DNA of 64,000 bases. It comes from a virus. Position 1 is the first letter of the stretch. The number at the start of each line of letters is the position of its first letter. The notes beneath the pieces are model-generated. The model was not told where the DNA came from. It made no database searches and saw only the letters and a list, made by a program, of their open reading frames with translations. Position numbers and translations under genes: made by a program. Where the stretch lies: positions 32,001 to 96,000 of IMG/VR virus record IMGVR_UViG_3300037483_000453. One strand, given 5' to 3'. Positions 43,479 to 51,959 of this stretch are shown piece after piece.

Positions 43479-44393
43479 GTGGCCAGTCGCTCACCATGTG
43501 AGATATATCTCAAGTTCCTCATTGTACATCCGGACCAGTATGATGACGACGCTATCCGTGCGCTCGTCAAGATGCAGCAGCTGGACTACCCTGGAGGTAC
43601 CTACCTAAAGAGCCTGCGCTCTATCTGCACGGCGCCTATCCCCTTCTACCCAGAAGATAGGCTGCATGACAGGTCTCAGAAGTTTCTGCTCAGGGAGCGC
43701 CTTGAGGCTATTTTCCACCCAGATGACGCCATGATAGGCGCTAACGCCATCCTCGGGAACATTCGGGCCAAAGAGCTTGTCGAGACAATGCTCATGGGTT
43801 CGTCACATCCACAGTGGATCTGCACGGGGCTTCGGAGACAGGGTTTGGATGTTATCCCAGGGGCCATCACCAGATTCAAGCACTACTACTTCAACATAGA
43901 CCTAGTCGATTCATCAGAGCTCAAGGCACTGATGTCGGTGCGGTTGGCAGGAGCTGGCACAGACCCTGATGAGCTGCGGCTAAATGCAGCTCACTCTGCG
44001 GTGATGAAGAGTGATGCACGGCGCAATACGGCGATGGCATCAACACCTATCACAACCAACATCATGACCATGCTGCGGATGGGCTTACTACCGAGTTCAT
44101 TAGACATAGCCAGACTCGCTGAGGCAACGAGAGCAGCTGCACTGGCTGGTGGCCTAGACATGGCTGTACGTGGCCTCCCGACACAAGGTCGAGACTATGC
44201 TCTCATGGCCAAGATGATGACCGAGATATTGGAGTCTGTGGGCGACCCAGCTGGAGATCTACAAGATAGCCTGGCAAGGTTGACTATTGAGACAGACAAT
44301 ATGGAAGTCCCACACATCAACCAGCTCAGCGATGGGTCACATACGCTGGACTTGCAGCCTATAAGTGCATCTGAGGTGAAGGCCAATGAGTGA
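43479..44393 (+). CDS. Hypothetical helical protein (small terminase candidate by position only)
   Basis: 304-aa ORF upstream of the large terminase. Confidence 0.7.
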   Translation: MASRSPCEIYLKFLIVHPDQYDDDAIRALVKMQQLDYPGGTYLKSLRSICTAPIPFYPEDRLHDRSQKFLLRERLEAIFHPDDAMIGANAILGNIRAKELVETMLMGSSHPQWICTGLRRQGLDVIPGAITRFKHYYFNIDLVDSSELKALMSVRLAGAGTDPDELRLNAAHSAVMKSDARRNTAMASTPITTNIMTMLRMGLLPSSLDIARLAEATRAAALAGGLDMAVRGLPTQGRDYALMAKMMTEILESVGDPAGDLQDSLARLTIETDNMEVPHINQLSDGSHTLDLQPISASEVKANE

Positions 44394-44838
44394 AGTAGAA
44401 AAGAACATTGATATTTCAGGACCCAGTAGTGCCAGTGAGGCATTTGCTACGTATGGTACCCAGGGGAGCACGCGTTTGGATACTGTTACAAACTCAATCC
44501 CCGATTTCACAAAAGTCGAGTACAGCACATACAAGGCAGAGCACAGCTTCACGGGGAACGACATCGTTATCCACTTCTATCTGCCAACAAAACAGAAGGT
44601 AACTGAGGCGTACTGGAAGTCGCACTTTGCGGCTGCGTTGAATGATGTTGGACAGGAGCATTTTCAGGCCACCGCGCCCAGGTTGGTGGCCAAATACACT
44701 GATGAGTTGAACTCATGGTGGTTCAAGGCTCAAGGTTACGATCACATCATCGACCTCCCCAAGTACCTCTCCCGCTTTTTCGAGGCGTTGGAGGAGCGTA
44801 TGGCCCCAGTACTACAAACTCAATCGCGAACTTCCTGA
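44386..44838 (+). CDS. Hypothetical protein
   Basis: 150-aa ORF overlapping the upstream stop, GAGG RBS. Confidence 0.75.
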   Translation: MSEVEKNIDISGPSSASEAFATYGTQGSTRLDTVTNSIPDFTKVEYSTYKAEHSFTGNDIVIHFYLPTKQKVTEAYWKSHFAAALNDVGQEHFQATAPRLVAKYTDELNSWWFKAQGYDHIIDLPKYLSRFFEALEERMAPVLQTQSRTS

Positions 44839-45052
44839 TTGACACGCGTACGTCCCAACCCTTTTCTTTAGCAAAGAGTTTGATGTAGATCCGCACTGCA
44901 GATCGGGCCTCCTTAGGAACTGAATGCCAGAGTCTAAACCCAACGAGGGTACCTTCGGGTTCCTCCTGTGTAACCGTGGCAGACCCAGGGACTATATGGC
45001 CGCCGGCACGATCAAGAGAGGCACGAAGTTCGTCTACCCAGGTTTGAATCAT
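44747..45052 (-). CDS. Hypothetical antisense protein, head-to-head with the terminase start
   Basis: Only sizeable ORF covering the 44838-45051 gap; amphipathic protein-like sequence; weak RBS. Confidence 0.45.
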   Translation of the reverse strand: MIQTWVDELRASLDRAGGHIVPGSATVTQEEPEGTLVGFRLWHSVPKEARSAVRIYIKLFAKEKGWDVRVSIRKFAIEFVVLGPYAPPTPRKSGRGTWGGR

Positions 45053-47876
45053 GGCAGCTGAGGTTGCCTATCCTGGGTATACCGAGGAGGAGCTGGTTGA
45101 CAGAGAAATCTGGAAACCTGAGCCTGGCATCGAAGAGGACCCTATCTTGATTACCAGGGCACTCAAGGCCCTGCCAAAGATACCTAGAGTCCTGCCATCG
45201 CGGTTCACCACGTTTGCATTCAAGATGCCAGACGAGATTGGGCAGGGGTACTCTAGCTTCTCCTTCGAAGGTCGCCGCCATGTCAAGCGGATGTATGACA
45301 CGCCGGCAAAGCGGATCCTACTGTTCTGCGGGCGCCAGGTAGAAAAAAGCACGCTGCTCGGCAATATAGCGCTCTGCTACATGAGTATGGTGCAGTCGTA
45401 CAAGGTCCTGTACGTGTCCCCGTCGGCGACACAGACGAAGACTTTCAGCGCCGACCGCATCAAAGAACCGATTGAGACGAGCCCAATCCTCAAGAAGTTC
45501 ACAACGAGCATGCTCTCTGCCAACATTCTGGAGAAGCAGTTTGTCAATCGTTCGAAGATTACGATGCGGTATGCATTCCTCAATGCGGATCGAACACGCG
45601 GAATTCCAGCTTGGATGCTGCAGCTGGATGAGTTTCAAGACATCTTGTCTGACAACATACCGGTCATCGAGCAGTGCCTTTCTCACGCTCCTGAGAGATG
45701 GAAGCGCTTCCTATATGCAGGTACACCAAAGAGTCTAGACAATAACATCGAATACTACCGTGAACGGCTATCCACACAAGGTGAGTGGGTAGTGCCATGC
45801 GAGCGACACAAGCCGGCACACTGGAATATCCTGGGTGAAAAGAACATTGGTAAGAAGGGACTGACGTGTGAGAAGTGTGGTGAGCTCATAGACCCAATGG
45901 GGGCACGGGCACAGTGGGCCCGTATGGTTTACGAGGCGCCTTTTGAGAGTTATCGCATTCCTCAGCTGATGGTTCCATGGAAGCCGTGGAGCGATATACT
46001 TCTCGACTACGAAAGGTACCCAAGAGATAGGTTCTATAACGAGGTACTGGGCATCTCATACGATTCTGGGTTGCGGCCACTAACCACAGAGCATCTGAGG
46101 GCCGTGTGTAACCCCAACGTCCACATGGTCGACTTTGAGAGCTACCGAGATCTCTCGTTCAACCAGCCTATCTTTGCCGGGATTGATTGGGGCTGCCACG
46201 ATGAAGAGACGCGCATTCTTACGACTACAGGCTTCAAGCATTTTAGGGACTTGAAGGATACTGACCATGTGGCGCAGTGGGAACCCGACACTCGGACTAT
46301 GACGTTCGTGATACCCAAGGTTCGAACTGTCCGAGAATGGAAGAAGCCGTTGCTGCACTTTCAGACGAAGGGTGGCATGGACTTGATGGTCACAGACCCG
46401 CACCACATGAGGGTGGGCGTTCAACAAGGCAATCGTTGGATCACAGAATCGGCTGGTGAGACGGCTGCTCGCGGCGGCAATGTGAAGTTCGTCGGCTACG
46501 TGAACTGGGTTGGCGACGAGCGTGACTATTTCACGTTGCCAGGATCTCCGACGAGCCCAGGATATGAAGGCAGCAAGCCGACTACTATCAAGATGGATGA
46601 TTGGCTGGAGTTCCTTGGCTATTATCTGTCCGAGGGCGGACTATGTTTGAAGGAGCTCAAGAGTGGTGAGCTGAGTCCATACTGCATAAAGATGTCTCAG
46701 CGGGAGACTGTGAATGCCGAGTCCGCTGCCAAGATGATGGACTGCATGAGCCGGGCTGGAATACCGTTCTCCACATTCCCTAATCCAAAGACGGGCGACA
46801 TCAACTGGACGATTTGTGGCAAGCAGTATTGGTCTTGGTTCCAAGACAACGTTGGCATGACGGGTGATGTCAAGAGAATCCCACGCCAGTTCCTCGAGCT
46901 TGGTCAGCGTCAGCTTCAGATTCTGTTCGATGCCATGATGCTGGGTGACGGAAGCTACGATGAACGCGAAGGCTGTACTGGAGGTGCGTACTACTCCACG
47001 TCCAAGGGACTGTGCGAAGACTTCCAGGAGATTTGTATCAGACTCGGTCTTCGGTGCATCGTGCGCTTGCATAAACCAGCTGAGGGAAACCGCAAGACAC
47101 GTTGGCGAGTTCTCTGGTCAGAAGGACGAGACTTTCAATTGAACACGCCCAGCTCCCGTGTAGAGCGTGTGCCCTACGATGGCAAGGTGTACTGCTGCGC
47201 GGTCCCGTCAGGCTATATTGTGACGGAGCGTAATGGCTGCATTTCCTATCAAGGGAACACGGGTGAAAATACGTATACAGTGATAGTGCTAGGTACTTAC
47301 GTGGACATGAAGATGCGTACCTTTTATGCCCACCGCTTCACGGGTGAAGAGGTTGATCCTCCAATGCAGCTTGAGAGGATCTGTGAGCTTATCCGTTACT
47401 TCAATGTTCGTGTGGTTGGTACTGATTACGGGGGTGGCTTCGATCGCAATGATCATCTCATCCGTGCGTTCGGCCCCAAGCGCATTTGGAAGTATCAGTA
47501 CGTAGCCAAGACTACCCGTAAGGTCAACTGGGATGCCAAGCTTGGCCGGTTCTTAGCACACCGTACTGAGGTGATGAGTGACATCTTCAATGCCATCAAG
47601 CGCGGTAAAGATTGCGAGTTTCCACGTTGGGAAGACTGGCGCGATCCACATGGTCAAGACTTCTTGAACATCTTTAGTGAATACAGCAATACCTTGAAGA
47701 TGATTCAGTACAAGCATGGTGTGGATAAACCTGATGACACTTTCCATGCGTATGTGACTATGTGGCTAGCGTCTATGTTGGTTCAACCACGTGCTGACAT
47801 CATCCTTCCACGCCGTGTCTCAAAAGCGGGTGTGATGGAAGACATGTATCGTGGTCCTACAGAACAAGGACTTTAG
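45051..47876 (+). CDS. Terminase large subunit with intein (about 586 aa after splicing)
   Basis: Walker A GRQVEKST, Walker B LQLDEFQ, YAGTPKS, nuclease GIDWG and PDDTFHA. Confidence 0.93.
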   Translation: MAAEVAYPGYTEEELVDREIWKPEPGIEEDPILITRALKALPKIPRVLPSRFTTFAFKMPDEIGQGYSSFSFEGRRHVKRMYDTPAKRILLFCGRQVEKSTLLGNIALCYMSMVQSYKVLYVSPSATQTKTFSADRIKEPIETSPILKKFTTSMLSANILEKQFVNRSKITMRYAFLNADRTRGIPAWMLQLDEFQDILSDNIPVIEQCLSHAPERWKRFLYAGTPKSLDNNIEYYRERLSTQGEWVVPCERHKPAHWNILGEKNIGKKGLTCEKCGELIDPMGARAQWARMVYEAPFESYRIPQLMVPWKPWSDILLDYERYPRDRFYNEVLGISYDSGLRPLTTEHLRAVCNPNVHMVDFESYRDLSFNQPIFAGIDWGCHDEETRILTTTGFKHFRDLKDTDHVAQWEPDTRTMTFVIPKVRTVREWKKPLLHFQTKGGMDLMVTDPHHMRVGVQQGNRWITESAGETAARGGNVKFVGYVNWVGDERDYFTLPGSPTSPGYEGSKPTTIKMDDWLEFLGYYLSEGGLCLKELKSGELSPYCIKMSQRETVNAESAAKMMDCMSRAGIPFSTFPNPKTGDINWTICGKQYWSWFQDNVGMTGDVKRIPRQFLELGQRQLQILFDAMMLGDGSYDEREGCTGGAYYSTSKGLCEDFQEICIRLGLRCIVRLHKPAEGNRKTRWRVLWSEGRDFQLNTPSSRVERVPYDGKVYCCAVPSGYIVTERNGCISYQGNTGENTYTVIVLGTYVDMKMRTFYAHRFTGEEVDPPMQLERICELIRYFNVRVVGTDYGGGFDRNDHLIRAFGPKRIWKYQYVAKTTRKVNWDAKLGRFLAHRTEVMSDIFNAIKRGKDCEFPRWEDWRDPHGQDFLNIFSEYSNTLKMIQYKHGVDKPDDTFHAYVTMWLASMLVQPRADIILPRRVSKAGVMEDMYRGPTEQGL
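46194..47258 (+). mobile_element. Terminase intein (355 aa, LAGLIDADG) next to the nuclease catalytic Asp
   Basis: GIDWG/CHDEETRIL...SYQGN/TGENTY. Confidence 0.92.
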
Positions 47877-47975
47877 TCATGAGCATGACGTGCATTCCGT
47901 CACGACTCATTGGGTAGGGGTTGAGTGGTGTGGTACCTGGTTGAACCCAACACGTGGCTAAAAAGCGTTAGCGCT

Positions 47976-48014
47976 AGGTCTACCACCCGACCCTGCGGGT
48001 CAGGTGGTAGACCT
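47976..48014. terminator. Bidirectional terminator between the terminase and the inverted island
   Basis: AGGTCTACCACC-C-GACCC-TGC-GGGTC-A-GGTGGTAGACCT: 17 bp with one mismatch. Confidence 0.75.
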
Positions 48015-48019
48015 TGTGG

Positions 48020-48184
48020 TCAGTCGCCGGGTAGGTCTTCAAAGGGCACCTGGCATTCGCCGAGGCCGTCGCAGTTGTGGTCATCGCACTCGTGGCACAT
48101 CGCGGTGCCCGGCTGTCCGATTGCGATCTTGAAGCAGTCTCTGCATGCGCAGTGCGTGTAGCCTGAGGTGCAATGGGTCGGCAT
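48020..48184 (-). CDS. 54-aa Cys-rich micro-protein
   Basis: Hand-translated: MPTHCTSGYTHCACRDCFKIAIGQPGTAMCHECDDHNCDGLGECQVPFEDLPGD. Confidence 0.6.
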   Translation of the reverse strand: MPTHCTSGYTHCACRDCFKIAIGQPGTAMCHECDDHNCDGLGECQVPFEDLPGD

Positions 48185-48205
48185 TCTTGTGGCTGGGCGA
48201 ACCGC

Positions 48206-48601
48206 TCATGACGTGCCCTCGCTGAGATCACTTCTGCATCGAGCGCCGGTCACGAAAGCCCGTATGCCGTCGCGCGGGTCAGCATGGATCGGCAGTCCCA
48301 GCTCGCGGCACAGGATCACCAGTGCGGGCCGCGCCGCATCCATCCTATCCGCTTCGTGCCCGGCCTGCTGCGCGGTCATTGCATCGTGCAGCGTCGCGAT
48401 TTCGGCCCGCAGCTCCAGCACCATGGTCTGAAGCGCGATGGCGTCGAGGGTGCCGTGACCGAAGCAATCCGGGCACTCGCGCGGATGAAGCATTCCATCG
48501 CGCTCCACGCCGTCCTCTTCGTAGTCGTCCTGCCACCCGCCTTCGCCGCCGCAGGTTGGGCAGTCCGCACGCCCGTGCGCCGCTTCGTGCTGCCGGCTCA
48601 T
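48206..48601 (-). CDS. Protein with DnaJ-type CxxCxGxG zinc finger
   Basis: CPTCGGEGG and CPDCFGHG; ATGA overlap with the MTase gene. Confidence 0.7.
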   Translation of the reverse strand: MSRQHEAAHGRADCPTCGGEGGWQDDYEEDGVERDGMLHPRECPDCFGHGTLDAIALQTMVLELRAEIATLHDAMTAQQAGHEADRMDAARPALVILCRELGLPIHADPRDGIRAFVTGARCRSDLSEGTS

Positions 48602-49338
48602 CGATCACCCCCTGTTCGCACCCAAAGCGCCTCTCGTGAGACCTTGCCGCCGTGCTTCGCCTCGCTCGCCTTGATGTCTCGCCATGGCTGAAACGGCAAC
48701 CACTCCGCGCCCACGTTCTCGCAGGCCATCACCTGCCCGGGCCACAGGTTGCACCAATACGCGAGCCGCTCGTAGTCTACGTAGGAGCAACGGTAGTGCT
48801 TGCCGGCCCGCTGATAAGGAGGATCCACAAACCATGTGGCCATGACCAACGGTGCTTGCTCGTAACTACCCTCGATCAATCTCCAGTGGCGGATGCGTTC
48901 CACCTGTGACGCAATCCGCTCGCGAATAGCGGCACCCCACCACCCAGACGGCGGATCACCCTTCGTCAGCCCGGCCAGAGATCGGCGCATGTTGCTTCCG
49001 GGGCTGCGCTTAGGCGTCGCACTGCCCTTGTTGCACCACCACCCGATGAGTAGTTGCGCTTCCTCCACCACGCCCAAGGTATCAACCGGCTGCCCCGGCG
49101 CGATGTCCGGCAGCGCCAAGATTTCCCCGGGCGTCACGCGCAGCAGGTAACGCCACGTCGCCGCGATCGCAGGGTCCTTCTCCACGAGCACCACCCTACG
49201 ATCTGGGTACCGCATCGAGTAGCCGGCGCTGCCGGCGAAGGGCTCCACGATGGTGCCGTACATCGGAGCGGGGTAATGCGGTGCCGCGCGCCACTTGCCT
49301 CCGTAGAACGTGAAAAACGGTTTGAGGCTGTTAACCAC
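48598..49338 (-). CDS. Orphan Dam/D12-class DNA adenine methyltransferase
   Basis: FYGGKW, EPFAGSAG (motif I), FVDPPY (motif IV). Confidence 0.88.
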   Translation of the reverse strand: MVNSLKPFFTFYGGKWRAAPHYPAPMYGTIVEPFAGSAGYSMRYPDRRVVLVEKDPAIAATWRYLLRVTPGEILALPDIAPGQPVDTLGVVEEAQLLIGWWCNKGSATPKRSPGSNMRRSLAGLTKGDPPSGWWGAAIRERIASQVERIRHWRLIEGSYEQAPLVMATWFVDPPYQRAGKHYRCSYVDYERLAYWCNLWPGQVMACENVGAEWLPFQPWRDIKASEAKHGGKVSREALWVRTGGDR

Positions 49339-49612
49339 GGTCGCCTCCTTCGGGGCTGTTAACCGTTTCGATCTTGGTTGCCCCGGACTCGGCCGCCCGG
49401 ATGATGGCGTGGAAGTCCACCGGATCGTCCGTCATGCCGGCCGCGAGATCGCGGATCTGCTTCGCCTGCACATCCGAATCGAAGTACCTACGCAGCCTAT
49501 GTTCCAGTATTCGTTGCTGATCCTGCCGTCCGAGCCGGTAGGCCAGACGCGCGGCCCGGTAGACGTCGGTGTCCATGCTGTTAACCTCGTCGGCTGTTAA
49601 ACGCTCAGTCAT
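49331..49612 (-). CDS. Hypothetical protein
   Basis: 93-aa ORF overlapping the MTase start. Confidence 0.65.
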   Translation of the reverse strand: MTERLTADEVNSMDTDVYRAARLAYRLGRQDQQRILEHRLRRYFDSDVQAKQIRDLAAGMTDDPVDFHAIIRAAESGATKIETVNSPEGGDRG

Positions 49613-49665
49613 TCAGGAATGCCTCATCGGTTGCTCGCTCCGTCGTGAGGGTTTGGCTCTCTCGC

Positions 49666-49917
49666 TTACTGAAGGTCCCGCAGTTGTGCGCGCTGCTCGG
49701 CGCTGAGTTCGGGGGAAGCGATTGCAAACTCGCAACGCCAGTAGTCGCTGCTCTCCATCAACATCGCGAATCGTGTGTCGGTGTTGAGGCGGAAGGCTGT
49801 GATTTGCTCGGCGGTGAGATTGACGTCTACGAAGTAGCATTCCTCTAGGAGTTCGTTGTCTAGGAGACCGCTGCCTAGAACGTAGCATCCATCGAGTATA
49901 GGCGTGGGTGTGGCCAT
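49666..49917 (-). CDS. Hypothetical protein
   Basis: 83-aa ORF behind a strong AGGAGAGGAG RBS. Confidence 0.7.
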   Translation of the reverse strand: MATPTPILDGCYVLGSGLLDNELLEECYFVDVNLTAEQITAFRLNTDTRFAMLMESSDYWRCEFAIASPELSAEQRAQLRDLQ

Positions 49918-49964
49918 GATTACTCTCCTCTCCTGGGGTGAACGGGTGTGACTCCCTTTAGTAT

Positions 49965-49975
49965 TCTTATCCCTG
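49965..49975 (-). promoter_or_regulatory. Candidate phage promoter motif (CAGGGATAAGA)
   Basis: 50 nt upstream of the first island gene, in an AT-rich intergenic gap. Confidence 0.55.
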
Positions 49976-50010
49976 AAAACTCGGTCTATTTGTTATTGGG
50001 GCAGCCCCGC

Positions 50011-50703
50011 TTAGTCGACAATCATGGACACCATGGCCAGCACATCTTCATGAACATCACCGAGGGTTTCTGGAAACAGTTTGTATGCGATCCGTTTATT
50101 TGAGGTAGAGCGAACATAAAAGAACATTGTCTGCCGCATGCCTCGACGAGCCATCTCCAGAAAGTCGAGGGCTGTACTAAACTCAAGGTCATTTTTTAGC
50201 CGTTTGCGCTGCACACTTTGCAACAGCTGGTTGGAGAGACTTAGATAGGATGTCCAGGGTTCCTCTGTTCCGAACTCCTGCGCCACTACATGAAAGTACT
50301 CTTCGCTAAGTGATTGGAATACCTGCGCCCAGTACATGATGGTGTTAACAGTGGGGAGATCTGAAAGCTCTAGCTCTTGCTCTACCTTCAGGTGAAGTGC
50401 TACAACGGCTGACGGCTCAATATCAGCAGATGGAATGTCGGCACCGATGATATTGAGCAACTGAGTCACCTTTCTTTCGAGGCGGTACGCTGTCATCTCA
50501 GCTCGAGCAGCCCTGGCAGCCACGTTGATCAAGGTGGTGTTTGACTCCCGGATCTCCTTCAGTTGGTAAACCTCGTTGGGGTCGTACATGTTGGTGCCTC
50601 TTACAGACCGAGCTCGGATGAGGCCGTCATGTGCCATTTGGTTCAGTCGTCGTTTACTGACCTGTAAAATCTGAGAGGCTTCATCTGAGTTGATGAGTTC
50701 CAT
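50011..50703 (-). CDS. MerR/excisionase-type winged-HTH protein with helical C-terminus
   Basis: INSDEASQILQVSKRRLNQMAHDGLI...YDPNEV. Confidence 0.8.
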   Translation of the reverse strand: MELINSDEASQILQVSKRRLNQMAHDGLIRARSVRGTNMYDPNEVYQLKEIRESNTTLINVAARAARAEMTAYRLERKVTQLLNIIGADIPSADIEPSAVVALHLKVEQELELSDLPTVNTIMYWAQVFQSLSEEYFHVVAQEFGTEEPWTSYLSLSNQLLQSVQRKRLKNDLEFSTALDFLEMARRGMRQTMFFYVRSTSNKRIAYKLFPETLGDVHEDVLAMVSMIVD

Positions 50704-50750
50704 ATTTCGCCATACTCCTGGGTGTGTGGTATTTTTGTACCGGAGGACTT

Positions 50751-51956
50751 ATGAACGATCTCCCATCGAGCCTGGCGCTACAACAGAACAACGCAAAGCC
50801 CAAGACTGGGGAAGAGCTAGAGGTACTTGGTAAGGAGGCTGCAACCCAGTTTCTGCGTGGAAACTATGGGTCTCTCACCGATGCAGTGGTTGGAACAGTC
50901 AAGACGTCTGGTCTCTCACCTGAGCAGGTGCGCAGGGTTGTTGAGTTCACTAACGTGGACGCATTCAATCAAGAGTTCAAGAAGGAGGGCTCGGGGCACA
51001 AGGTGGTCCAGTTTGAGGGTGGCCCGGCTGACTACCCAGAGGTCCTGCGTGAGCTCAATGACGGCAGTGGTGGGACGGTATTTGACAAGCACGCACACGA
51101 CTACTCCACACCTCCTCCAAACATGTCGCTTCTGGCGCTGCAGGATGAGGACAAGTTGGGTGTCGAAAATGAGAAGTTGGCAGCAGCCTTTGGGGTGGAG
51201 GGGTACCAGCTGCCCTTTGCTGATCCCTTGCGTGAGGCTCTCGACACCAAGGATAAGTTGGCTCGTGCTGAGGAGGACCTGGCCACTGAGCTCACACACC
51301 TTGAGGGCCAGTACCTCGATATCGTGGACAGCCTAAACCAAGAGGTGAAGCAAGCGTGTCTGGGTGGCATCGAGCTTGGGCAGGTAGTCCAAGCTTGGAG
51401 CACGGTTACCTCGAAGCCCGAGTTTATGAAGGCCGCGTTTGCCCAGCTGACCCCCCGGCTGTTGAAGGGTGAGGTGTACCCCTCAAAGGAAGCGATTGGT
51501 GAGTCACTGTTGAAGACGGCCAGCGCCGGGATGGTCAACCCTGAGCATCCGCTAGTGGTACGATTTCAGGATTTTTGTGAGACACTGACCAAGATGGCAG
51601 AGACCCGAGTCGCTCACGCTGGCGTAGGTGAGCAGATTGACCGACTGGGAACTTTCTTGAAGGCAGCAGCTGCCCCGGGCGAGTTGGCCGGGGCTGTCAA
51701 GGGGACCTGGGAAGCAGCCAAGTCTATGTCTCAGAAGGCGGCACCACTTGTGGGGAAGACTATCAGGGGGGTTGGGGGAGCGGCTGGGGATATTGCTGAG
51801 GTAGCCATTCCTTGGGTGCCAGAGGCTGCGCTAGCAGGCGGTGCCTACAAGGCTCATGACATGGCACAGCGCAGCCCTAGGGTGCAGCGGGCTCTTAGTT
51901 ATGTGCCTGGAACGAAGCAACAGAAGATTCGGCAGTACTACGAACGACAGAGGTGA
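50751..51956 (+). CDS. Hypothetical head-region coiled-coil protein, K-x-A rich
   Basis: Start MNDLP behind GGAGG; 9 K-x-A motifs counted. Confidence 0.85.
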   Translation: MNDLPSSLALQQNNAKPKTGEELEVLGKEAATQFLRGNYGSLTDAVVGTVKTSGLSPEQVRRVVEFTNVDAFNQEFKKEGSGHKVVQFEGGPADYPEVLRELNDGSGGTVFDKHAHDYSTPPPNMSLLALQDEDKLGVENEKLAAAFGVEGYQLPFADPLREALDTKDKLARAEEDLATELTHLEGQYLDIVDSLNQEVKQACLGGIELGQVVQAWSTVTSKPEFMKAAFAQLTPRLLKGEVYPSKEAIGESLLKTASAGMVNPEHPLVVRFQDFCETLTKMAETRVAHAGVGEQIDRLGTFLKAAAAPGELAGAVKGTWEAAKSMSQKAAPLVGKTIRGVGGAAGDIAEVAIPWVPEAALAGGAYKAHDMAQRSPRVQRALSYVPGTKQQKIRQYYERQR

Positions 51957-51959
51957 TGT

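Noticed and set aside
47877-47975. Intergenic stretch with small hairpins as a tRNA or ncRNA
   Set aside because: No cloverleaf, T-loop or CCA pattern; only short stems
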